In this document: positions 52,500-64,000 of the stretch, in pieces | Layout of the letters: each line of letters begins with the position of its first letter | Numbering within the stretch: position 1 is the first letter of the stretch | Assembly (NCBI GenBank): GCA_964247055.1 | Contig: OZ176051.1 | Span: forward strand, 1-64,000 | Direction of reading: 5' to 3' | From: Paragordius varius | Lineage: Eukaryota; Animalia; Nematomorpha | DNA length: 64,000 nucleotides | Program-made: the position numbers and the translations under genes | Notes under the pieces: model-generated | Seen by the model: only the letters and a program-made list of their open reading frames with translations | What the model was told of the DNA's origin: nothing | Databases searched by the model: none

Positions 52500-55400
52500 G
52501 GTAGCCGTATGGCAGTTCCATCATAACCCCAAATATTTTTGAGATCGGACTTTAAATGTAAATTTTATGAATTTTTAAAATATTTAAAAAATTTATTTTA
52601 TACGATTTTAAAAATAAAAATGGCTACCTAAAATCCAAATTTGATCAGGTGATGTCACCATAATTTTTTTTGGGTAGCCCTATGGTAGTTCCATCATCAC
52701 CCCAAATATTTTGGAGATCGGGATATAAATGTAAATTTTATGAATTTTTAAATATTTAAAAAATTTATTTTATACGATTTTAAAAATAAAAATGGCTACC
52801 TAAAATCCAAATTTGATCAGGTGATGTCACCATAATTTTTTTTGGGTAGCCCTATGGTAGTTCCATCATCACCCCAAATATTTTGGAGATCGGGCTATAA
52901 ATGTAAATTTTATGAATTTTTTAAATATTTAAAAAATTTATTTTATACGATTTTAAAAATAAAAATGGCTACCTAAAATCCAAATTTGATCAGGTGATGT
53001 CGCCATAATTTATTTTGGGTAACCTTATGGTAGTTCCATTATAACCCCAAATATTTTTGAGATCGGACTTTAAATGTAAATTTTATGAATTTTTAAAATA
53101 TTTAAAAAATTTATTTTATACGATTTTAAAAATAAAAATAGCTACCTAAAATCCAAATTTGATCAGGTGATTTCACCATAATTTTTTTTGGGTAGCCCTA
53201 TGGTAGTTCCATCATCACCCCAAATATTTTGGAGATCGGGCTATAAATGTAAATTTTATGAATTTTTTAAATATTTAAAAAATTTATTTTATACGATTTT
53301 AAAAATAAAAATGGCTACCTAAAATCCAAATTTGATCAGGTGATGTCGCCATAATTTTTTTTGGGTAGCCCTATGGTAGTTCCATCACCACCCCAAATAT
53401 TTTGGAGATCGGGCTATAAATGTAAATTTTATGAATTTTTTAAATATTAAAAAATTTATTTTATACGATTTTAAAAATAAAAATGGCTACCTAAAATCCA
53501 AATTTGATCAGGTGATGTCACCATAATTTTTTTTGGGTAGCCCTATGGTAGTTCCATCATCACGCCAAATATTTAGAGATCGGGCTATAAATGTAAATTT
53601 TTTTAAATATTTAAAAAATTTATTTTATACGATTTTTAAAATAAAAATGGCTACCTAAAATCCAAATTTGATCAGGTGATGTCACCATAATTTTTTTTGG
53701 GTAGCCCTATGGTAGTTCCATCATCACCCCAAATATTTTGGAGATCGGGCTATAAATGTAAATTTTATGAATTTTTTAAATATTTAAAAAATTTATTTTA
53801 TACGATTTTAAAAATAAAAATGGCTACCTAAAATCCAAATTTGATCAGGTGATGTGGCCATAATTTTTTTTGGGTAACCTTATGGTAGTTCCATCATAAC
53901 CCCAAATATTTTTGAGATCGGACTTTAAATGTAAATTTTATGAATTTTTTAAATATTTAAAAAATTTATTTTATACGATTTTAAATATAAAAATGGCTAC
54001 CTAAAATCCAAATTTGATCAGGTGATGTTAGTTCCATCATCACCCCAAATATTTTGGAGATCGGGCTATAAATGTAAATTTTATGAATTTTTTAAATATT
54101 TAAAAAATTTATTTTATACGATTTTAAAAATAAAAATGGCTACCTAAAATCCAAATTTGATCAGGTGTCACCATAATTTTTTTTGGGTAGCCCTATGTTA
54201 GTTCCATCATCACCCCAAATATTTTCGAGATCGGAGTATAAATGTAATTTTTATGAATTTTTTAAATATTTAAAAAATTTATTTTATACGATTTTAAAAA
54301 TAAAAATGGCTACCTAAAATCCAAATTTGATCAGGTGATGTCACTATAATTTTTTTGGGTAGCCCTATGGTAGTTCCATTATCACCCCAAATATTTTCGA
54401 GATCGGAGTATAAATGTAATTTTTATGAATTTTTTAAATATTTAAAAAATTTATTTTATACGATTTTAAAAATAAAAATGGCTACCTAAAATCCAAATTT
54501 GATCCGGTGATGTCGCCATAATTTTTTTTGGGTAGCCCTATGGTAGTTCCATCATCACCCCAAATATTTTCGAGATCGGAGTATAAATGTAATTTTTATG
54601 AATTTTTTAAATATTTAAAAAATTTATTTTATACGATTTTAAAAATAAAAATGGCTACCTAAAATCCAAATTTGATCAGGTGATGTCACCATAATTCTTT
54701 TGGGTAGCCCTATGGTAGTTCCATCATCACCCCAAATATTTTCGAGATCGGAGTATAAATGTAATTTTTATGAATTTTTTAAATATTTAAAAAATTTATT
54801 TTATACGATTTTAAAAATAAAAATGGCTACCTAAAATCCAAATTTGATCAGGTGATGTCGCCATAATTTTTTTTGCGTTGCCCTATGGTAGTTCCATCAT
54901 CACCCCAAATATTGTCGAGATCGGAGTATAAATGTAATTTTTTTGAATTTTTTAAATATTTAAAATATTTATTTTATACGATATTAAAAACAAAAATGGC
55001 TACCTAAAATCCAAATTTGATCAGGTGATGTCACCATAATTTTTTTTGGGTAGCCCTATGGTAGTTCCATCATCACCCCAAATATTTTCGAGATCGGAGT
55101 ATAAATGTAATTTTTATGAATTTTTTAAATATTTAAAAAATTTATTTTATACGATTTTAAAAATAAAAATGGCTACCTAAAATCCAAATTTGATCAGGTG
55201 ATGTCGCCATAATTTTTTTTGGGTAGCCCTATGGTAGTTCCATCATCACCCCAAATATTTTCGAGATCGGAGTATAAATGTAATTTTTATGAATTTTTTA
55301 AATATTTAAAAAATTTATTTTATACGATATTAAAAATAAAAATGGCTACCTAAAATCCAAATTTGATCAGGTGATGTCACCATAATTCTTTTGGGTAGCC

Positions 55401-58400
55401 CTATGGTACATCATCACCCCAAATATTTTCAAGATCGGAGTATAAATGTAATTTTTATGAATTTTTTAAATATTTAAAAAATTTATTTTATACGATTTTA
55501 AAAATAAAAATGGCTACCTAAAATCCAAATTTGATCAGGTGATGTCGCCATAATTTTTTTTGCGTTGCCCTATGGTAGTTCCATCATCACCCCAAATATT
55601 GTCGAGATCGGAGTATAAATGTAGTTTTTTTGAATTTTTTAAATATTTAAAATATTTATTTTATACGATATTAAAAACAAAAATGGCTACCTAAAATCCA
55701 AATTTGATCAGGTGATGTCACCATAATTTTTTTTGGGTAGCCCTATGGTAGTTCCATCATAACCCCAAATATTTTTGAGATCGGACTTTAAATGTAAATT
55801 TTATGAATTTTTAAAATATTTAAAAAATTTATTTTATACGATTTTAAAAATAAAAATGGCTACCTAAAATCCAAATTTGATCAGGTGATGTCATCATAAT
55901 TTTTTTTGGGTAGCCCTATGGTAGTTCCATCATCACCCCAAATATTTTGGAGATCGGGATATAAATGTAAATTTTATGAATTTTTAAATATTTAAAAAAT
56001 TTATTTTATACGATTTTAAAAATAAAAATGGCTACCTAAAATCCAAATTTGATCAGGTGATGTCACCATAATTTTTTTTGGGTAGCCCTATGGTAGTTCC
56101 ATCATCACCCCAAATATTTTGGAGATCGGGCTATAAATGTAAATTTTATGAATTTTTTAAATATTTAAAAAATTTATTTTATACGATTTTAAAAATAAAA
56201 ATGGCTACCTAAAATCCAAATTTGATCAGGTGATGTCGCCATAATTTATTTTGGGTAACCTTATGGTAGTTCCATTATAACCCCAAATATTTTTGAGATC
56301 GGACTTTAAATGTAAATTTTATGAATTTTTAAAATATTTAAAAAATTTATTTTATACGATTTTAAAAATAAAAATAGCTACCTAAAATCCAAATTTGATC
56401 AGGTGATTTCACCATAATTTTTTTTGGGTAGCCCTATGGTAGTTCCATCATCACCCCAAATATTTTGGAGATCGGGCTATAAATGTAAATTTTATGAATT
56501 TTTTAAATATTTAAAAAATTTATTTTATACGATTTTAAAAATAAAAATGGCTACCTAAAATCCAAATTTGATCAGGTGATGTCGCCATAATTTTTTTTGG
56601 GTAGCCCTATGGTAGTTCCATCACCACCCCAAATATTTTGGAGATCGGGCTATAAATGTAAATTTTATGAATTTTTTAAATATTAAAAAATTTATTTTAT
56701 ACGATTTTAAAAATAAAAATGGCTACCTAAAATCCAAATTTGATCAGGTGATGTCACCATAATTTTTTTTGGGTAGCCCTATGGTAGTTCCATCATCACG
56801 CCAAATATTTAGAGATCGGGCTATAAATGTAAATTTTTTTAAATATTTAAAAAATTTATTTTATACGATTTTTAAAATAAAAATGGCTACCTAAAATCCA
56901 AATTTGATCAGGTGATGTCACCATAATTTTTTTTGGGTAGCCCTATGGTAGTTCCATCATCACCCCAAATATTTTGGAGATCGGGCTATAAATGTAAATT
57001 TTATGAATTTTTTAAATATTTAAAAAATTTATTTTATACGATTTTAAAAATAAAAATGGCTACCTAAAATCCAAATTTGATCAGGTGATGTGGCCATAAT
57101 TTTTTTTGGGTAACCTTATGGTAGTTCCATCATAACCCCAAATATTTTTGAGATCGGACTTTAAATGTAAATTTTATGAATTTTTTAAATATTTAAAAAA
57201 TTTATTTTATACGATTTTAAATATAAAAATGGCTACCTAAAATCCAAATTTGATCAGGTGATGTTAGTTCCATCATCACCCCAAATATTTTGGAGATCGG
57301 GCTATAAATGTAAATTTTATGAATTTTTTAAATATTTAAAAAATTTATTTTATACGATTTTAAAAATAAAAATGGCTACCTAAAATCCAAATTTGATCAG
57401 GTGTCACCATAATTTTTTTTGGGTAGCCCTATGTTAGTTCCATCATCACCCCAAATATTTTCGAGATCGGAGTATAAATGTAATTTTTATGAATTTTTTA
57501 AATATTTAAAAAATTTATTTTATACGATTTTAAAAATAAAAATGGCTACCTAAAATCCAAATTTGATCAGGTGATGTCACTATAATTTTTTTGGGTAGCC
57601 CTATGGTAGTTCCATTATCACCCCAAATATTTTCGAGATCGGAGTATAAATGTAATTTTTATGAATTTTTTAAATATTTAAAAAATTTATTTTATACGAT
57701 TTTAAAAATAAAAATGGCTACCTAAAATCCAAATTTGATCCGGTGATGTCGCCATAATTTTTTTTGGGTAGCCCTATGGTAGTTCCATCATCACCCCAAA
57801 TATTTTCGAGATCGGAGTATAAATGTAATTTTTATGAATTTTTTAAATATTTAAAAAATTTATTTTATACGATTTTAAAAATAAAAATGGCTACCTAAAA
57901 TCCAAATTTGATCAGGTGATGTCACCATAATTCTTTTGGGTAGCCCTATGGTAGTTCCATCATCACCCCAAATATTTTCGAGATCGGAGTATAAATGTAA
58001 TTTTTATGAATTTTTTAAATATTTAAAAAATTTATTTTATACGATTTTAAAAATAAAAATGGCTACCTAAAATCCAAATTTGATCAGGTGATGTCGCCAT
58101 AATTTTTTTTGCGTTGCCCTATGGTAGTTCTATCATCACCCCAAATATTGTCGAGATCGGAGTATAAATGTAATTTTTTTGAATTTTTTAAATATTTAAA
58201 ATATTTATTTTATACGATATTAAAAACAAAAATGGCTACCTAAAATCCAAATTTGATCAGGTGATGTCACCATAATTTTTTTTGGGTAGCCCTATGGTAG
58301 TTCCATCATCACCCCAAATATTTTCGAGATCGGAGTATAAATGTAATTTTTATGAATTTTTTAAATATTTAAAAAATTTATTTTATACGATTTTAAAAAT

Positions 58401-61400
58401 AAAAATGGCTACCTAAAATCCAAATTTGATCAGGTGATGTCGCCATAATTTTTTTTGGGTAGCCCTATGGTAGTTCCATCATCACCCCAAATATTTTCGA
58501 GATCGGAGTATAAATGTAATTTTTATGAATTTTTTAAATATTTAAAAAATTTATTTTATACGATATTAAAAATAAAAATGGCTACCTAAAATCCAAATTT
58601 GATCAGGTGATGTCACCATAATTTTTTTTGGGTAGCCCTATGGTAGTTCCATCATCACCCCAAATATTTTCGAGATCGGAGTATAAATGTAATTTTTATG
58701 AATTTTTTAAATATTTAAAAAATTTATTTTATACGATTTTAAAAATAAAAATGGCTACCTAAAATCCAAATTTGATCAGGTGATGTCGCCATAATTTTTT
58801 TTGGGTAGCCCTATGGTAGTTCCATCATCACCCCAAATATTTTCGAGATCGGAGTATAAATGTAATTTTTATGAATTTTTTAAATATTTAAAAAATTTAT
58901 TTTATACGATATTAAAAATAAAAATGGCTACCTAAAATCCAAATTTGATCAGGTGATGTCACCATAATTCTTTTGGGTAGCCCTATGGTACATCATCACC
59001 CCAAATATTTTCGAGATCGGAGTATAAATGTAATTTTTATGAATTTTTTAAATATTTAAAAAATTTATTTTATACGATTTTAAAAATAAAAATGGCTACC
59101 TAAAATCCAAATTTGATCAGGTGATGTCGCCATAATTTTTTTTGCGTTGCCCTATGGTAGTTCCATCATCACCCCAAATATTGTCGAGATCGGAGTATAA
59201 ATGTAATTTTTTTGAATTTTTTAAATATTTAAAATATTTATTTTATACGATATTAAAAACAAAAATGGCTACCTAAAATCCAAATTTGATCAGGTGATGT
59301 CACCATAATTTTTTTTGGGTAGCCCTATGGTAGTTCCATCATAACCCCAAATATTTTTGAGATCGGACTTTAAATGTAAATTTTATGAATTTTTAAAATA
59401 TTTAAAAAATTTATTTTATACGATTTTAAAAATAAAAATGGCTACCTAAAATCCAAATTTGATCAGGTGATGTCACCATAATTTTTTTTGGGTAGCCCTA
59501 TGGTAGTTCCATCATCACCCCAAATATTTTGGAGATCGGGATATAAATGTAAATTTTATGAATTTTTAAATATTTAAAAAATTTATTTTATACGATTTTA
59601 AAAATAAAAATGGCTACCTAAAATCCAAATTTGATCAGGTGATGTCACCATAATTTTTTTTGGGTAGCCCTATGGTAGTTCCATCATCACCCCAAATATT
59701 TTGGAGATCGGGCTATAAATGTAAATTTTATGAATTTTTTAAATATTTAAAAAATTTATTTTATACGATTTTAAAAATAAAAATGGCTACCTAAAATCCA
59801 AATTTGATCAGGTGATGTCGCCATAATTTATTTTGGGTAACCTTATGGTAGTTCCATTATAACCCCAAATATTTTTGAGATCGGACTTTAAATGTAAATT
59901 TTATGAATTTTTAAAATATTTAAAAAATTTATTTTATACGATTTTAAAAATAAAAATAGCTACCTAAAATCCAAATTTGATCAGGTGATTTCACCATAAT
60001 TTTTTTTGGGTAGCCCTATGGTAGTTCCATCATCACCCCAAATATTTTGGAGATCGGGCTATAAATGTAAATTTTATGAATTTTTTAAATATTTAAAAAA
60101 TTTATTTTATACGATTTTAAAAATAAAAATGGCTACCTAAAATCCAAATTTGATCAGGTGATGTCGCCATAATTTATTTTGGGTAGCCCTATGGTAGTTC
60201 CATCACCACCCCAAATATTTTGGAGATCGGGCTATAAATGTAAATTTTATGAATTTTTTAAATATTAAAAAATTTATTTTATACGATTTTAAAAATAAAA
60301 ATGGCTACCTAAAATCCAAATTTGATCAGGTGATGTCACCATAATTTTTTTTGGGTAGCCCTATGGTAGTTCCATCATCACGCCAAATATTTAGAGATCG
60401 GGCTATAAATGTAAATTTTTTTAAATATTTAAAAAATTTATTTTATACGATTTTTAAAATAAAAATGGCTACCTAAAATCCAAATTTGATCAGGTGATGT
60501 CACCATAATTTTTTTTGGGTAGCCCTATGGTAGTTCCATCATCACCCCAAATATTTTGGAGATCGGGCTATAAATGTAAATTTTATGAATTTTTTAAATA
60601 TTTAAAAAATTTATTTTATACGATTTTAAAAATAAAAATGGCTACCTAAAATCCAAATTTGATCAGGTGATGTGGCCATAATTTTTTTTGGGTAACCTTA
60701 TGGTAGTTCCATCATAACCCCAAATATTTTTGAGATCGGACTTTAAATGTAAATTTTATGAATTTTTTAAATATTTAAAAAATTTATTTTATACGATTTT
60801 AAATATAAAAATGGCTACCTAAAATCCAAATTTGATCAGGTGATGTTAGTTCCATCATCACCCCAAATATTTTGGAGATCGGGCTATAAATGTAAATTTT
60901 ATGAATTTTTTAAATATTTAAAAAATTTATTTTATACGATTTTAAAAATAAAAATGGCTACCTAAAATCCAAATTTGATCAGGTGTCACCATAATTTTTT
61001 TTGGGTAGCCCTATGTTAGTTCCATCATCACCCCAAATATTTTCGAGATCGGAGTATAAATGTAATTTTTATGAATTTTTTAAATATTTAAAAAATTTAT
61101 TTTATACGATTTTAAAAATAAAAATGGCTACCTAAAATCCAAATTTGATCAGGTGATGTCACTATAATTTTTTTGGGTAGCCCTATGGTAGTTCCATTAT
61201 CACCCCAAATATTTTCGAGATCGGAGTATAAATGTAATTTTTATGAATTTTTTAAATATTTAAAAAATTTATTTTATACGATTTTAAAAATAAAAATGGC
61301 TACCTAAAATCCAAATTTGATCCGGTGATGTCGCCATAATTTTTTTTGGGTAGCCCTATGGTAGTTCCATCATCACCCCAAATATTTTCGAGATCGGAGT

Positions 61401-62000
61401 ATAAATGTAATTTTTATGAATTTTTTAAATATTTAAAAAATTTATTTTATACGATTTTAAAAATAAAAATGGCTACCTAAAATCCAAATTTGATCAGGTG
61501 ATGTCACCATAATTCTTTTGGGTAGCCCTATGGTAGTTCCATCATCACCCCAAATATTTTCGAGATCGGAGTATAAATGTAATTTTTATGAATTTTTTAA
61601 ATATTTAAAAAATTTATTTACGATTTTAAAAATAAAAATGGCTACCTAAAATCCAAATTTGATCAGGTGATGTCGCCATAATTTTTTTTGCGTTGCCCTA
61701 TGGTAGTTTCATCATCACCCCAAATATTGTCGAGATCGGAGTATAAATGTAATTTTTTTGAATTTTTTAAATATTTAAAATATTTATTTTATACGATATT
61801 AAAAACAAAAATGGCTACCTAAAATCCAAATTTGATCAGGTGATGTCACCATAATTTTTTTGGGTAGCCCTATGGTAGTTCCATCATCACCCCAAATATT
61901 TTCGAGATCGGAGTATAAATGTAATTTTTATGAATTTTTTAAATATTTAAAAAATTTATTTTATACGATTTTAAAAATAAAAATGGCTACCTAAAATCCA
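52500..62000. repeat. Three tandem copies of a 19-21-monomer higher-order repeat
   Basis: Marker ggatataaat at 52721, 55957 and 59539. The 30-bp deletion junction gatgt|tagtt is at 54028, 57264 and 60846. Both give offsets of 3236 and 3582 (difference 346, i.e. two monomers). Confidence 0.9.
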
Positions 62001-64000
62001 AATTTGATCAGGTGATGTCGCCATAATTTTTTTTGCGTTGCCCTATGGTAGTTCCATCATCACCCCAAATATTGTCGAGATCGGAGTATAAATGTAATTT
62101 TTTTGAATTTTTTAAATATTTAAAATATTTATTTTATACGATATTAAAAACAAAAATGGCTACCTAAAATCCAAATTTGATCAGGTGATGTCACCATAAT
62201 TTTTTTTGGGTAGCCCTATGGTAGTTCCATCATCACCCCAAATATTTTCGAGATCGGAGTATAAATGTAATTTTTATGAATTTTTTAAATATTTAAAAAA
62301 TTTATTTTATACGATTTTAAAAATAAAAATGGCTACCTAAAATCCAAATTTGATCAGGTGATGTCACCATAATTATTTTGGGTAGCCCTATGGTAGTTCC
62401 ATCATCACCCCAAATATTTTCGAGATCGGAGTATAAATGTAATTTTTATGAATTTTTTAAATATTTAAAAAATTTATTTACGATTTTAAAAATAAAAATG
62501 GCTACCTAAAATCCAAATTTGATCAGGTGATGTCGCCATAATTTTTTTTGCGTTGCCCTATGGTAGTTTCATCATCACCCCAAATATTGTCGAGATCGGA
62601 GTATAAATGTAATTTTTTTGAATTTTTTAAATATTTAAAATATTTATTTTATACGATATTAAAAACAAAAATGGCTACCTAAAATCCAAATTTGATCAGG
62701 TGATGTCACCATAATTTTTTTGGGTAGCCCTATGGTAGTTCCATCATCACCCCAAATATTTTCGAGATCGGAGTATAAATGTAATTTTTATGAATTTTTT
62801 AAATATTTAAAAAATTTATTTTATACGATTTTAAAAATAAAAATGGCTACCTAAAATCCAAATTTGATCAGGTGATGTCGCCATAATTCTTTTTGGGTAG
62901 CCCTATGGTAGTTCCATCATCACCCCAAATATTTTCGAGATCGGAGTATAAATGTAATTTTTATGAATTTTTTAAATATTTAAAAAATTTATTTTATACG
63001 ATATTAAAAATAAAAATGGCTACCTAAAATCCAAATTTGATCAGGTGATGTCACCATAATTCTTTTGGGTAGCCCTATGGTACATCATCACCCCAAATAT
63101 TTTCGAGATCGGAGTATAAATGTAATTTTTATGAATTTTTTAAATATTTAAAAAATTTATTTTATACGATTTTAAAAATAAAAATGGCTACCTAAAATCC
63201 AAATTTGATCAGGTGATGTCACTATAATTTTTTTGGGTAGCCCTATGGTAGTTCCATCATCACCCCAAATATTTTGGGGATCGGACAATAAATGTAATTT
63301 TTATGAATTTTTTAAATATTTAAAAAATTTATTTTATACGATTTTAAAAATAAAAATGGCTACCTAAAATCCAAATTTGATCAGGTGATGTCACCATATT
63401 TTTTTTGGGTAGCCCTATGGTAGTTCCATTATCACCCCAAATATTTTCGAGATCGGAGTATAAATGTAATTTTTATGAATTTTTTAAATATTTAAAAAAT
63501 TTATTTTATGCGATTTTAAAAATAAAAATGGCTACCTAAAATCCAAATTTGATCAGGTGATGTCGCCATAATTTTTTTTGGGTAGCCCTATGGTAGTTCC
63601 ATCATCACCCCAAATATTTTCGAGATCGGAGTATAAATGTAATTTTTATGAATTTTTTAAATATTTAAAAAATTTATTTTATACGATTTTAAAAATAAAA
63701 ATGGCTACCTAAAATCCAAATTTGATCAGGTGATGTCACCATAATTCTTTTGGGTAGCCCTATGGTAGTTCCATCATCACCCCAAATATTTTCGAGATCG
63801 GAGTATAAATGTAATTTTTATGAATTTTTTAAATATTTAAAAAATTTATTTTATACGATTTTAAAAATAAAAATGGCTACCTAAAATCCAAATTTGATCA
63901 GGTGATGTCACTATAATTTTTTTGGGTAGCCCTATGGTAGTTCCATCATCACCCCAAATATTTTGGGGATCGGACTATTAATGTAATTTTTATGAATTTT

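Larger units (their letters stand above)
10607..64000. repeat. 173-bp AT-rich tandem satellite array, about 309 monomers, continuing beyond the window
   Basis: Consensus ccctatggtagttccatcatcaccccaaatattttggagatcgggctataaatgtaaattttatgaattttttaaatatttaaaaaatttattttatacgattttaaaaataaaaatggctacctaaaatccaaatttgatcaggtgatgtcaccataattttttttgggtag (173 nt, 46 G+C). Monomer starts at 10610, 10783, 10956, 11128 and 11301. One orientation throughout; no foreign insertion seen. Confidence 0.99.

Noticed and set aside
10607-64000. Primate alpha satellite (similar monomer length)
   Set aside because: At ~27% GC and with no recognisable alphoid motifs, only the length is similar.

Overview
This window is the left end of a eukaryotic chromosome, is very AT-rich, and contains no intact gene. 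It has four parts. (1) 1-2872: (CCCTAA)n telomere, about 478 repeats. (2) 2873-10606: a 7.7-kb fold-back unit. Its ends are inverted copies (about 94% identical by hand count) of a CpG-rich ~33-bp minisatellite plus inner AT-rich sequence. (3) The right arm of that unit is split by two 5'-truncated, same-orientation Penelope-like retroelement (PLE) insertions of about 0.94 and 0.85 kb. Both carry GIY-YIG endonuclease remnants; the first has a 6-bp target-site duplication and a candidate minimal hammerhead core. (4) 10607-64000 (runs off the window): about 309 head-to-tail copies of a 173-bp, ~27% GC satellite. The satellite has dyad-rich monomers, several layers of higher-order and segmental duplication, and a CpG-gaining variant taking over after ~54 kb. 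A large nucleosome-sized satellite starting 7.7 kb from the telomere suggests a telocentric-type end, but that is inference. Coordinates, counts and identities were obtained by hand; no database search was run and the organism cannot be named.
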